A stretch of DNA of 64,000 nt from the NCBI GenBank assembly GCA_050253415.1, contig JBFWJC010000001.1, forward strand, positions 1,608,679 through 1,672,678, read 5' to 3'. The notes under the pieces were generated by a model that did no database searches, had not been told where the DNA came from, and was given only the letters and a program-made list of their open reading frames with translations. Position numbers and translations under genes: made by a program. The stretch is from Pedobacter sp. (GTDB taxonomy: Bacteria > Desulfobacterota > Desulfuromonadia > Desulfuromonadales > Syntrophotaleaceae). This document shows positions 29,740-39,409 of the stretch, piece by piece. The stretch's first letter is position 1, and every line of letters starts with the position of its first letter.

Positions 29740-31212
29740 ATGGATCGAACAAAAATAGAAAATTTCCTGGGCCGATTGAGCGGCATCCGGGCGCTGGTTA
29801 TCGGCGACTTGATGTTGGATGAATATCTGTGGGGGCGTACAGAACGGATTTCCCCCGAGGCCCCGGTACAGGTAGTCGATATCCTGCGTGAGGACCTGCG
29901 CCTTGGCGGCGCCGGCAACGTCATCAATAATCTGGTAACGCTCGGTTGTCAGGTTCATGTTGCCAGCGTACTGGGTGAAGGGCACGACGGCCTTTTGTTA
30001 CGCCGCCGGTTGGAAGAAAAGCATGTCGGTATTGAAGGGTTGCAGTTCGATGGCATGCGAACCACCAGCCGTAAAACCCGCATTCTGGCTTCCGGTCAGC
30101 AGATGATGCGATTTGACCGAGAGAGTCGTACTCCTATCGATGCGCGGCAGGAGGCCGCCCTTGCCGATTTTGTGCGCAATAACGCCGACCGTTTCGATGT
30201 CATCCTGGTTTCCGATTATCTCAAGGGTGTGCTCACCGATGGCCTTCTGCAGGCGGTGATCGCCGTCGGCAAACAAAAGGGTATCCCGGTGGTGATCGAT
30301 CCCAAGGGTAACGATTATGGCAAATACCGTGGCGCCACTCTGTTGACTCCCAATCGCAAGGAAACCGAGGTTGCTTCCGGGGTCGCGATTGTCGATGAGC
30401 AAAGTCTGCGCTTGGCAGCTCGTACCCTCATGCAGCGCATCGACCTTGAAACGTTGATGGTAACCCGCAGCGAGGAAGGCATTTCGATTTTCTTCCGCAA
30501 CGGTGAGGAAGTCCATCTACCTACCCAGGCGCGCGAAGTGTATGATGTCACCGGCGCTGGTGATACGGTTTTGTCACTGGTCGGGCTCGGCCTGGCCGGA
30601 GCTTTGCCGGTCAGCGATGCCGCCGCTTTAGCTAATATAGGCGCAGGGATCGTTGTCGGCAAGGTTGGCACCTCGACGGTTAGCGTTGAGGAAATCCGCG
30701 AAGCCCTGGCTCATCATGCTATGGAGTACGATTCCAAAATCAGGCTGCGCGAACCGTTGCGTGCTATTCTGGAAGACGAACGGCGGCGTGGCAAAACCAT
30801 CGTATTCACCAACGGTTGTTTTGACTTGTTACATGTCGGTCACGTCAAGTACCTTCAAAAGGCCCGTCGTCTTGGCGATATCCTGGTTTTGGGTCTTAAT
30901 TCCGATGCCTCCATACGACGCCTCAAGGGGGCTAACCGCCCGCTCATCGGCGAAGAGGAACGGGCGCATATCCTGGCGGCTCTCAGCTGTATTGATTACG
31001 TGGTGGTGTTCGACGAGGATACTCCCCTGGAGTTGATTGCCATGCTGCGCCCGGACATCCTGGTAAAGGGGGGCGATTATACGCCGGAAACCGTGGTGGG
31101 TAAGGATATCGTAGAGAGTTACGGTGGCCGTGTGGCCCTTGTCGACTTGGTTGATGGGCGTTCTACGAGCAACATAATAGAGCGGATTCTGGATCGTTAT
31201 GAACAAGGGTGA
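29740..31212 (+). CDS. hldE: Bifunctional heptose 7-phosphate kinase / heptose 1-phosphate adenylyltransferase
   Basis: GDLMLDEY, RISPEAPV, GGAGNV, DVTGAGDTV (PfkB), FTNGCFDLLHVGH, LVKGGDY. Confidence 0.97.
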   Translation: MDRTKIENFLGRLSGIRALVIGDLMLDEYLWGRTERISPEAPVQVVDILREDLRLGGAGNVINNLVTLGCQVHVASVLGEGHDGLLLRRRLEEKHVGIEGLQFDGMRTTSRKTRILASGQQMMRFDRESRTPIDARQEAALADFVRNNADRFDVILVSDYLKGVLTDGLLQAVIAVGKQKGIPVVIDPKGNDYGKYRGATLLTPNRKETEVASGVAIVDEQSLRLAARTLMQRIDLETLMVTRSEEGISIFFRNGEEVHLPTQAREVYDVTGAGDTVLSLVGLGLAGALPVSDAAALANIGAGIVVGKVGTSTVSVEEIREALAHHAMEYDSKIRLREPLRAILEDERRRGKTIVFTNGCFDLLHVGHVKYLQKARRLGDILVLGLNSDASIRRLKGANRPLIGEEERAHILAALSCIDYVVVFDEDTPLELIAMLRPDILVKGGDYTPETVVGKDIVESYGGRVALVDLVDGRSTSNIIERILDRYEQG

Positions 31213-31801
31213 GTCGATAAGCGCCCTTCGCAAAGCGGTGTTTCTGGATCGCGACGGTACGATCAACGAAGAAAGGAACTATCTGCATCGGATAGAGGAT
31301 TTTGCCTTTATTCCCGGTGTGCCTCTGGCTATACGGCGTCTTAATCAGGCCGGATTCCTGGTGATCGTTGTGACGAATCAATCAGGTGTGGCGCGCGGAT
31401 ATTTTGAACTGGCCGATGTGGAGCGTCTGCATGAGCACGTCGCTTGTCGCCTGGCATCCGAGCAGGCACATGTGGACGGTTTTTTTATTTGCCCTCATCA
31501 CCCGGAGGCCGGCATTGGCCACTTACGCAGACAGTGCGATTGTCGTAAAGGGGCACCGGGGCTGCTGTTGCAGGCTGCCGAACAGTTGCACGTCGACTTG
31601 AGCCAGTCATTTATGGTCGGCGACAAGAATGCCGATATGGAAGCCGGACGGAGAGCTGGTTGCACTCCTCTGCTGGTGATGACCGGTTACGGTTCTGAGA
31701 CAGCGCGTAGTATTGATCCCGCCATCGGGCGTTTTGCCAGCCTGGTGGAGGCGGTAGATTTCATTTTGCGGCAGGACGGTAACGAAAAAGTTACTGCCTG
31801 A
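31199..31801 (+). CDS. gmhB: D,D-heptose 1,7-bisphosphate phosphatase
   Basis: FLDRDGTIN, VTNQSGVARG, CPHHP..CDCRK, MVGDK. Confidence 0.95.
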   Translation: MNKGESISALRKAVFLDRDGTINEERNYLHRIEDFAFIPGVPLAIRRLNQAGFLVIVVTNQSGVARGYFELADVERLHEHVACRLASEQAHVDGFFICPHHPEAGIGHLRRQCDCRKGAPGLLLQAAEQLHVDLSQSFMVGDKNADMEAGRRAGCTPLLVMTGYGSETARSIDPAIGRFASLVEAVDFILRQDGNEKVTA

Positions 31802-31826
31802 TCCGAAGATAAAGAAAGGGCTGTTC

Positions 31827-32705
31827 ATGATCAAAAGCATGACAGGATACGGCAAGGGGCAGACCTCCGCAGGTGAAATTTGTCTGACGGTGGAAATTAA
31901 GTCGGTAAATCACCGTTATTGCGATATTTCCGTAAAAGCACCACGTTTTCTGCTCGGTTTCGAGGCAGAAATCAAAAAGCGCGTGGGGGAGCGTCTCAAG
32001 CGGGGCAAGATCGACGTGTTTATCAACGTTGAGAATAATGCCTGTGGGGGACGCGTGCCGGTTCTCAATAAGGAACTGGCCGCAGCCTATATGAGCCTGT
32101 TTCGCCAGATGCGCGATGAATTCGGCCTGGAGGGGGGGATTTCTGTCGATCTACTTGCCGGGCAAAAGGAAGTCGTCACCCTGGCAGAAGGGGAGCCGGA
32201 TGAAGAGGTCGTCGGCAGTAGCCTGAAGGACGCGTTGGTAAAAGCGCTGACCGCCATGGAAAATATGCGGCAGGTCGAAGGTCAAGCCACTTGCCAGGAT
32301 ATGGATGAGTACCTCGGGCATATCGAGTCCTTATTGGTCTCTGCACGCGAACGAGCTCCGCAGGTTCCCCTGGAGTGGAAGGATAAGCTCATGGAGCGCC
32401 TCGCACGGTTGGGTAATGGCTTTGAGGTCGACCCCCAACGGCTCGCCCAGGAAATAGCCGTGTTTGCGGACCGCTGCGATATTTGCGAGGAACTGACACG
32501 CTTTGCCAGTCATATTGAACAGTTCAGAGGGTTGTTCAGTGTGGAGGAAGCGGTAGGCCGGCAGATGGATTTTATTCTGCAGGAAATGAATCGCGAAGCC
32601 AACACCATGGGCTCCAAGTCGAATGATTTGGAACTGACCCGCATGGTCGTCGCCATGAAGGCCGACCTGGAAAAAATCCGGGAGCAGGTACAGAACATTG
32701 AATGA
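31827..32705 (+). CDS. yicC: YicC/YloC family endoribonuclease
   Basis: MIKSMTGYG, EIKSVNHRY, GRQMDFILQEMNREANTMGSK, IREQVQNIE. Confidence 0.95.
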   Translation: MIKSMTGYGKGQTSAGEICLTVEIKSVNHRYCDISVKAPRFLLGFEAEIKKRVGERLKRGKIDVFINVENNACGGRVPVLNKELAAAYMSLFRQMRDEFGLEGGISVDLLAGQKEVVTLAEGEPDEEVVGSSLKDALVKALTAMENMRQVEGQATCQDMDEYLGHIESLLVSARERAPQVPLEWKDKLMERLARLGNGFEVDPQRLAQEIAVFADRCDICEELTRFASHIEQFRGLFSVEEAVGRQMDFILQEMNREANTMGSKSNDLELTRMVVAMKADLEKIREQVQNIE

Positions 32706-32748
32706 TGTAACATCGGTGGCCCCGTCCATCGTGTCTGGGAGAGCAAGC

Positions 32749-33372
32749 ATGAAACGAAGCGGCATCCTGTTTGTCATATCCGCGCCGTCAGGAGCTGGAA
32801 AAACCTCGCTGTGTCGTCAGATCGTTGACATTTTCCCCGATATGCGGCACTCTGTCTCATTCACCACGCGTCCTCGCCGGTCCGGGGAAAAAGACGGTGT
32901 CGATTACCATTTCGTTTCGCAGGAAACGTTCGATACTATGGTTTCCGAAGGAGCTTTTGCCGAATGGGCCAGGGTTCACGGCAACTGCTATGGAACATCC
33001 CTTGCGACATTGCAGGAGGCCCACGAAAATGGCCTCGATGTGCTTCTCGATATCGATTGCCAGGGGGCGGCGCAGCTCAAACGTGCCTGTCCTGACGGGG
33101 TGTTTATTTTTATTTTGCCGCCAAGCTTTGAAGAGCTTGAACGGCGTCTGCGTGGACGCAACACAGATTCCGCCGAAGTTATTGCCCGGCGTTTGTCCAA
33201 TGCCCGGCGTGAAATCAGGGAATTGGTCTGGTATGATTACCTTATCGTGAATGACGATCTGTCGATCGCGGTGGAAGAATTTAAAGGAATTATTCTGGCA
33301 GAGGGATGCCGCGCCGTGCGTTTAAAAGACGAGGCCATCCGCCTGTTCGGAATCGATATGCAGGACAATTAG
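32749..33372 (+). CDS. gmk: Guanylate kinase
   Basis: SAPSGAGKT, TTRPRRSGEKDGVDYHF, DIDCQGA, IFILPPS. Confidence 0.96.
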   Translation: MKRSGILFVISAPSGAGKTSLCRQIVDIFPDMRHSVSFTTRPRRSGEKDGVDYHFVSQETFDTMVSEGAFAEWARVHGNCYGTSLATLQEAHENGLDVLLDIDCQGAAQLKRACPDGVFIFILPPSFEELERRLRGRNTDSAEVIARRLSNARREIRELVWYDYLIVNDDLSIAVEEFKGIILAEGCRAVRLKDEAIRLFGIDMQDN

Positions 33373-33434
33373 ACGGTCGCTTGTTATTTAGCGATCTCAT
33401 TTAACGATTTTTACATGAGAAGGACACGAAGCCT

Positions 33435-33641
33435 ATGGCCAGAATTACTGTCGAAGATTGCCTCAAGCAAGTTCCCAACCGCTTTTTGCTGGTCATGGTA
33501 GCTGCCAAGCGTACCAAACAGCTTTACAAGGGGGCCAAGCCTCTGATCGAAAACAAATCCAATAACAAACGGGTGGTGCTCGGTCTGCGCGAGGTTGCCG
33601 CCGGGAAAGTTGATTACGAGATTCCCGCCCGTAAAGGTTAG
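33435..33641 (+). CDS. rpoZ: RNA polymerase omega subunit
   Basis: [10 protein letters not shown]...NRFLLV..AAKR..QL; gmk-rpoZ-rel synteny. Confidence 0.95.
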   Translation: MARITVEDCLKQVPNRFLLVMVAAKRTKQLYKGAKPLIENKSNNKRVVLGLREVAAGKVDYEIPARKG

Positions 33642-33646
33642 GCTCC

Positions 33647-33677
33647 AGGCCGGGCTCCCAGGGCCCGGCCTTGTTTT
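33647..33677 (+). terminator. Probable intrinsic terminator after rpoZ
   Basis: Stem aggccgggc/gcccggcct followed by tgtttt. Confidence 0.55.
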
Positions 33678-33769
33678 ATCCCCCAGGTTATCCGGATATT
33701 GCATAGTTCTGTATTGTTGCTTATGTGGTCAACCTGTGTAATACCGTCATTATTACCGGTGGAATCGGC

Positions 33770-35926
33770 ATGCTTCGACTAGACGATATTCTTGAAAAAG
33801 TTCAGGCCTATAATCCCCGGGCTGATGTCGACCTGTTACGCAAAGCCTACGTGTACAGTGCCAAGGTCCACCGCGGCCAATCCCGGTTTTCCGATGAACC
33901 CTACCTTAATCACAGCCTTGAAATAGCCGATATTCTTGTTCGACTCAAGATGGATGTTGCTACCATCACCACCGGCCTGTTGCACGATATTTTGCAGCAG
34001 AATTTGGCCGATCTTGATGAGTTGCAAGCCAGTTTTGGGGAGAATGTTGGCGAACTCGTGCAGAGTTTGACAAAGCTTGGACGCCTGTCCTTTACCACCA
34101 GCGAAGAACAACAGGCTGAAAACTTCCGCAAGATGCTGCTTGCCATGGCCAGCGATATCCGGGTCATTCTGGTTAAGCTGGCTGAACGCCTTCACGAAAT
34201 GCGTACCCTGGAAGGGCGCCCCGCGGAAGAGCAACGCCGTATTGCCCAGGAAACTCTCGACATCTATGCGCCTTTGGCCAATCGCCTCGGGATCAGCTGG
34301 ATGAAGTGCGATATGGAAGACCTGGCGCTTCGCTACGTATTGCCTGAGGTCTATTTTGACCTGTGTGATAAGGTTGAAAAACAGCGGAAAGATCGCGCCG
34401 GTTATGTCGAAGAGGTGCGTAAGCAACTGTGCGATAAGATGGCCCAAAATGATATAGCTGGGGAGTGTTACGGTCGCCTCAAGCATCTCTATTCCATCTG
34501 GCGAAAAATGCAGCGACAGGGTATTGAATTCGAACAGGTCTATGATCTCATTGCCTTTCGGGTCATGGTGAAAGATGTCCGGGACTGTTATGCCATGCTG
34601 GGTGTGATTCATTCCACCTGGAAACCTATCGCCAGCCGTTTTAAAGACTACATCGCCATGCCCAAGGCGAACATGTACCAGTCGCTTCACACCACGGTTA
34701 TCGGCCCCTACGGTGAGCGCATGGAGGTGCAGATCCGGACTGAAGAAATGCACCGGGTCGCCGAGGAAGGGATCGCTGCCCACTGGAAATACAAGGAAGG
34801 GCGGGGAGGTGACAGTATTGTCACCAAAGATGAGAAACAATTCGGCTGGTTGCGGCAAATGCTGGATTCTCAGCAGGAATTCACCGATACCCATGACTAT
34901 GTTGGTTCGATCCGGGGCGATTTGTTTTCCGAGGAGGTTTATGTCTTTACCCCCAAGGGCGCTGTAAAAGCGTTTCCTCGCGGCGCCACCGCCATCGATT
35001 TTGCCTACAGTGTACATACGGAGGTTGGCAATCGCTGCACCGGGGCGCGGGTCAACGGTAAGCTTGTACCTTTGAAGACCCCGCTTAATAACGGCGATGT
35101 GGTCGAGGTTGTCACCTCTCCGAACCAGACGCCCAGCAAGGACTGGCTTAAATTTGTCGTAACTTCGCGTGCGGCGAGCAAGATCCGGCACTGGGTTAAA
35201 ACCGAGCAGCGGGAAAAAAGTATCGAGCTTGGTAAAGAACTGTTTGAAAAACGCCTGCGCAAATACGGTTGCAGCCTTAAGAAAGTGCTGGCTTCCAAGG
35301 AATTCTCGCAGGCCATGCAGGACCTTGGTTACCATGCCTCCAGCGATTTGCTGGCGGGGATCGGCTACGGAAAAGTGCCTCTTGGACAGGTCGTTAGCCG
35401 TGTGGTCCCGGCAGACAAACTGCGACCGGAAGCGGAAGGTAAGGTCAAGGCTGCGGCAGTGCCGGAACCTATCCGCAAAAAACCGTCGAGTGCTATAAAA
35501 ATCCAGGGCATCGGCGATATCATGGTCCGTTTTGCCAAGTGTTGCAATCCGTTGCCGGGCGACCCTGTCGTTGGTTTTATTACTCGTGGTCGTGGCATTA
35601 CGGTACATACGATTGACTGTCCGAGTGTGCTGGAAAGTGATGCGGAGCGGCGTGTAGAGGTTGAATGGGATGTAAAGAAGAAGGCTTCGCATACGGCTAA
35701 AATTCGTCTTGCCACCGAGGACCGCAAAGGTGTGCTGGCCAGTGTCAGCAATGCTGTCAGTGCCTGTGAAGCCAATATAGCGAGTGCCAGCGTGCAACGA
35801 ACAAAAACCGAGAAAAGCCTTATCGTCTTTACCGTTGAAGTGGTGGACGTTGAACATCTCAATCGGGTGATGAATGCTCTTCACCAGGTTAAGGGTGTCT
35901 ATCAGGTGGAGCGACTGCGTCACTGA
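33770..35926 (+). CDS. relA: Long RelA/SpoT homolog (HD-SYN-TGS-ZFD-ACT) with degenerate hydrolase residues
   Basis: YAPLANRLG, GRLKHLYSI, RFKDYI..PK.NMYQSLHT, EVQIRT, AHWKYKE, TGS (DFAYSVHT), KCCNP, ACT. Confidence 0.95.
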   Translation: MLRLDDILEKVQAYNPRADVDLLRKAYVYSAKVHRGQSRFSDEPYLNHSLEIADILVRLKMDVATITTGLLHDILQQNLADLDELQASFGENVGELVQSLTKLGRLSFTTSEEQQAENFRKMLLAMASDIRVILVKLAERLHEMRTLEGRPAEEQRRIAQETLDIYAPLANRLGISWMKCDMEDLALRYVLPEVYFDLCDKVEKQRKDRAGYVEEVRKQLCDKMAQNDIAGECYGRLKHLYSIWRKMQRQGIEFEQVYDLIAFRVMVKDVRDCYAMLGVIHSTWKPIASRFKDYIAMPKANMYQSLHTTVIGPYGERMEVQIRTEEMHRVAEEGIAAHWKYKEGRGGDSIVTKDEKQFGWLRQMLDSQQEFTDTHDYVGSIRGDLFSEEVYVFTPKGAVKAFPRGATAIDFAYSVHTEVGNRCTGARVNGKLVPLKTPLNNGDVVEVVTSPNQTPSKDWLKFVVTSRAASKIRHWVKTEQREKSIELGKELFEKRLRKYGCSLKKVLASKEFSQAMQDLGYHASSDLLAGIGYGKVPLGQVVSRVVPADKLRPEAEGKVKAAAVPEPIRKKPSSAIKIQGIGDIMVRFAKCCNPLPGDPVVGFITRGRGITVHTIDCPSVLESDAERRVEVEWDVKKKASHTAKIRLATEDRKGVLASVSNAVSACEANIASASVQRTKTEKSLIVFTVEVVDVEHLNRVMNALHQVKGVYQVERLRH

Positions 35927-36103
35927 GGCATCGACTGGGCCAACCCCACCAAATCAAAATCGGGATCGCCATTGAAATCGGAGATTATGCTGTAGCCATG
36001 GATTCCGATTTCTGTACCGATATGATGACAGCTCCGTCCTGAAAGACAATCTCTTGCGGAACCCCCTTCTGGTTGTTTCACTCTATGGAAAGGAGTCTGA
36101 ACC

Positions 36104-36490
36104 ATGCCTATTGAATATATCGCGTCACAGCAGGCGCCTGCTGCTATTGGGCCGTATTCCCAGGCTGTGCGAGCCGGGGATTTCCTGTTTTTTTCAGGAC
36201 AGATTCCTCTTGATCCTGTAACGGGGAAAATTGTCGGACAGGATGCCGAGGAGCAGAGCCGGCAGGTATTGACCAATATTCAAGCGGTTTTGGCCGCCGC
36301 CGGGTTGGATTTTGGTAAGGTGGTCAAGACCACGGTGTATTTGACCGATATGCGGGATTTTGAGGTGATTAACCGTGTTTATGGCGAATACTTCGGGGCT
36401 GCTGCCCCAGCCAGGGCAACGGTTCAGGTGGCTGCTTTGCCAAAACAGGTTCTGATTGAAATCGAAGGAATTGCTTACGCAGGTGTTTGA
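36104..36490 (+). CDS. ridA: RidA family reactive-intermediate deaminase
   Basis: [29 protein letters not shown]. Confidence 0.93.
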   Translation: MPIEYIASQQAPAAIGPYSQAVRAGDFLFFSGQIPLDPVTGKIVGQDAEEQSRQVLTNIQAVLAAAGLDFGKVVKTTVYLTDMRDFEVINRVYGEYFGAAAPARATVQVAALPKQVLIEIEGIAYAGV

Positions 36491-36517
36491 AATCGCATTT
36501 CTGCAGAGATGAAACGC

Positions 36518-36555
36518 AACAGGGGGAAGCCGTATGGCTTCCCCCTGTTATTTTT
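36518..36555. terminator. Probably bidirectional terminator between convergent ridA and rpmB
   Basis: Perfect 14-bp inverted repeat aacagggggaagcc-gtat-ggcttccccctgtt followed by attttt. Confidence 0.75.
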
Positions 36556-36574
36556 CATTCTGGCAAGATTGGAC

Positions 36575-36766
36575 TCAGTTGGCCTTGGTTACTGCGCCGG
36601 AACGCAGGCAGCGGGTACAGGCTTTGATAGCCTGGACTTTACCCTTGTGCAAAGCCCGTACTTTCTGAAGGTTAGGGTACCAAACCTTGCGGGTTTTGTT
36701 ATGAGCGTGGCTGACGTTATTGCCAGTGGTCGGTTTCTTACCACAGATATCACATACTCTGGACAT
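36575..36766 (-). CDS. rpmB: 50S ribosomal protein L28 (Zn-ribbon form)
   Basis: [34 protein letters not shown]...[17 protein letters not shown]. Confidence 0.97.
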   Translation of the reverse strand: MSRVCDICGKKPTTGNNVSHAHNKTRKVWYPNLQKVRALHKGKVQAIKACTRCLRSGAVTKAN

Positions 36767-36797
36767 GTTCTTACCTCCTGGAGATTTAGAGCGCCTA

Positions 36798-36826
36798 TAT
36801 GTAGCATGGACAGATCGGTATTGCAA
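36798..36826 (-). promoter_or_regulatory. Putative sigma70 promoter of rpmB
   Basis: TTGCAA-N17-TACATA with TG at the extended -10 position. Confidence 0.4.
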
Positions 36827-36862
36827 CCAGTTTTTAAATTTTGAAGTGCTTCTTTTGCTCCT

Positions 36863-38125
36863 CTATTTGGCCGATGAGGTCAGTTGGTCGGCCATGGCGA
36901 ACCCCAGCAATATCTCGCTGTTGATACCTAGTCCGGGGAAAAGCCACTCGGGAATGGCTGTCAGAAGGTTGTGCCGTGGCATAGAGCAGGGCAGGCCGCA
37001 CAGTTTGATGTATCCATTGTGAGGTCGAATCCTTGCGGGCAGGGATACCTCCTCAATATCAAAATCGGTAAATGCCAAAAGTGGTTGCAAGCGTCGGGCT
37101 ACGTCCTTGCAAGTATAAGGCAGCTTTCCGGTCTGTACACCCGCCTCGATTGAATATCGTACTTCCTCTGAAAAATCGCATCTGGTCACAAGTAGAGGTG
37201 TCGCACCTGCGATAACGAAGCGTTCGGCCAGGAGGGGGGATATCGCTCCACGGATGGGCGTAGTCCTCCAGGTTTGACGTGTCGCACAATGCATTTTTTG
37301 GCGTTTTTTGGTTTTGACCGTGAAAAAGGACAATGCCTCCTGGCTGGCTAAAATGAACTGCTCAGCACGTATCTTTTTGCCATCCAGAAGGCGGATGCCT
37401 TGAAGACGTCGACCGTCCCAGTCCAGCGATTCAAGTTGGGTGAAAGCAACTTCCGTAACATGGAACTGTCTGGTTCGACGGGATAGTAGTTCTGAAAAGG
37501 TATCGCCGTTGAAAGCTTTTGGCAGGCAGGACCAGTGCCATAGAAGGGCTGCCTGAGCGATGCTGAGCATGTCAACGTCGAGCCCTGACAGACCGCAGAA
37601 AAGATCCCGCAACAGGTCATCGGCCTCATGGTTGGTGTGGCGCTCCAGGTAGCTGGACAGCGACGCACCGGGCGCGAGTCTTTCACGTGCGGGTTTCCAG
37701 CCTGCGGCAGCTAGGCGAATCTGGCCGCGTAGGCTGAACAGCGCTGAAGGGCTCTTTGCGGTGAGAGCATGAGCCAGCTTGGCGCCCCACATGTCCAGTT
37801 TTTGCAGCAGTTGGGCCGGATTTTCGCAACCGGGGGTTAATTCCCTGCGCCATTCGTCATCCAGAGGCTTGCCGGTGAGATCCAGACGGTGGTGTTTTCC
37901 TATAAGCTGCAGGTTGCCGGCGGCTTGCAATTGAGATCGATCGGTGCCGAGGATGGTGAGCAGTTTTTCCAGGTGACGACAGCAGGGCAATACGGGTGGC
38001 AAAGTGGCGGGCTGGTCATCGCCGAGCATTAAAATTCGGCGGCCGCGCCTTCCGGCAAGAAATGCCGCGATGCGAGCTGCCAGGCCGTTGCCGAAGATAA
38101 TGGCGTCAAAATGATGCGACTTCAC
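36863..38125 (-). CDS. Hypothetical protein with N-terminal FAD/NAD Rossmann-like motif (phytoene-desaturase-like oxidoreductase?)
   Basis: FDAIIFGNGLAARIAAFLAGRRGRRILML; GIRLLDGKKIRAEQFI; GTG start at 38125 inferred. Confidence 0.65.
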   Translation of the reverse strand: MKSHHFDAIIFGNGLAARIAAFLAGRRGRRILMLGDDQPATLPPVLPCCRHLEKLLTILGTDRSQLQAAGNLQLIGKHHRLDLTGKPLDDEWRRELTPGCENPAQLLQKLDMWGAKLAHALTAKSPSALFSLRGQIRLAAAGWKPARERLAPGASLSSYLERHTNHEADDLLRDLFCGLSGLDVDMLSIAQAALLWHWSCLPKAFNGDTFSELLSRRTRQFHVTEVAFTQLESLDWDGRRLQGIRLLDGKKIRAEQFILASQEALSFFTVKTKKRQKMHCATRQTWRTTPIRGAISPLLAERFVIAGATPLLVTRCDFSEEVRYSIEAGVQTGKLPYTCKDVARRLQPLLAFTDFDIEEVSLPARIRPHNGYIKLCGLPCSMPRHNLLTAIPEWLFPGLGINSEILLGFAMADQLTSSAK

Positions 38126-38175
38126 CGAAACTAGTTCCTGTCTACAGGTTGTCGAATGCAGGTCGGGGTGGGCGG

Positions 38176-38625
38176 TTAAAGGTCTTCTTCGCTCAATACC
38201 TGCAGGCCGTTGCGCTGTAATAACGCCGTGGTAACACCTTGACCCGCGACTCTTGACCCTGCACGGCAGATCCGGTGGACTCCGCAGGAAGGACTGCCTT
38301 CCTTGAACAGGACGCGGGAACATTTGGCCAGTTGGGCTACCTTCAGCGTCTCCATGGCCCCTTTGATAAAAACATCGTTCATGTCGGTTTGATCTGTGTT
38401 TATGACACAACCACGGTTGTCCAGTACGTCATGTCCGCTGCCGGTGTCAAAAAAGGTCATGGGGCGTGGGGTCGGAAGTCCTGCCAGTTGTTCGGGGCAG
38501 ACGGGGACCGGCAGCAGATTGTGGTTGCGCAGGTAGTTCAGCACCTTTTCGTTATGCTTGCTTTGCCCGTCGTAGCGGGTCGACAGGCCAAGAAGGCAGG
38601 CGCTGACCAGAATCGGTTGCGACAT
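38176..38625 (-). CDS. DUF523 / TudS-family (thiouracil desulfidase-like) Fe-S protein
   Basis: ILVSACLLG..RYDG, PVCPEQLAGLPTPR, KEGSPSCG, GQGVTTALL. Confidence 0.88.
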   Translation of the reverse strand: MSQPILVSACLLGLSTRYDGQSKHNEKVLNYLRNHNLLPVPVCPEQLAGLPTPRPMTFFDTGSGHDVLDNRGCVINTDQTDMNDVFIKGAMETLKVAQLAKCSRVLFKEGSPSCGVHRICRAGSRVAGQGVTTALLQRNGLQVLSEEDL

Positions 38626-38706
38626 GGGATGTTCCTTTTTACGGATAACAAAGCGGCCGGATCCCTGCAAAAAAGAAACCCGGCCTCTAATCGATATGCG
38701 GAGTAT

Positions 38707-39381
38707 TCAGGCCGCTGGTGGATTCAGCAGAGTCTGATTGTCTGGAATTATCGAGGGGGTGATGCGTACATGACGTCCTTCGATGCGCAGGCGTCCTTCC
38801 GCATAAAGTTGAATGGCACGCGGATAAATGCGATGTTCCTGCTCAAGAATGCGTTGCGAGAGCGTCGTTTCATCGTCATCATCCAGAACCGGAACCGCCG
38901 CCTGAATGATGATCGGGCCGCTATCAACTCCAGGATCCACAAAATGCACCGTGCAGCCCGCAATTTTAACGCCGTACTCCAGGGCCTGCCGCTGACTGTT
39001 GACACCGGGAAATGCCGGCAGCAGTGCAGGGTGGATATTCATGATGCGCTGGGGGAAGGCCTCCAGAAAAACCGGGGTGAGGATGCGCATGAATCCGGCC
39101 AATACGATCAAGTCGACTTTGGCTTTGTGCAAGGCCGCTACCATTGTCCGGTCGAAATCTTCGCGATCGGGGAACTCTTGATGGTCAACAACAACAACCG
39201 GAATGTTCGCATTGCGGGCGCGTGTCAAGGCACCGGCCTGTGGTTTGTTGCTTAAAACCAGGGCGATTTCGGCGGGCAGTAAGCCCTGCTGGCACTGGTC
39301 GATAATCGCCTGTAAGTTACTTCCGCCGCCGGACGCCAGCACGCCAAGCCGCAATTTCTTACTCAAAGTTTTTACCCCCAT
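38707..39381 (-). CDS. purN: Phosphoribosylglycinamide formyltransferase
   Basis: LASGGGSNLQAI, LAGFMRIL, NIHPALLPAFPG, GCTVHFV..GVDSGPII, EHRIYP; alternative TTG start at 39366. Confidence 0.96.
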   Translation of the reverse strand: MGVKTLSKKLRLGVLASGGGSNLQAIIDQCQQGLLPAEIALVLSNKPQAGALTRARNANIPVVVVDHQEFPDREDFDRTMVAALHKAKVDLIVLAGFMRILTPVFLEAFPQRIMNIHPALLPAFPGVNSQRQALEYGVKIAGCTVHFVDPGVDSGPIIIQAAVPVLDDDDETTLSQRILEQEHRIYPRAIQLYAEGRLRIEGRHVRITPSIIPDNQTLLNPPAA

Positions 39382-39409
39382 AGACAATGTTGCTCTGTCT
39401 TTCCTGTCC

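Noticed and set aside
33836..35923. 695-aa antisense ORF, and similar ones at 63-1151, 5517-6374, 28669-29577, 39203-40243, 42041-43081 and 43945-45096
   Set aside because: They lie opposite well-conserved genes and have no recognisable motifs; typical codon-bias shadow ORFs
35974..36012. Inverted repeat gaaatcgga...tccgatttc between rel and ridA
   Set aside because: 9-bp stem with a large loop and no U-tract; not enough to call a terminator or RNA
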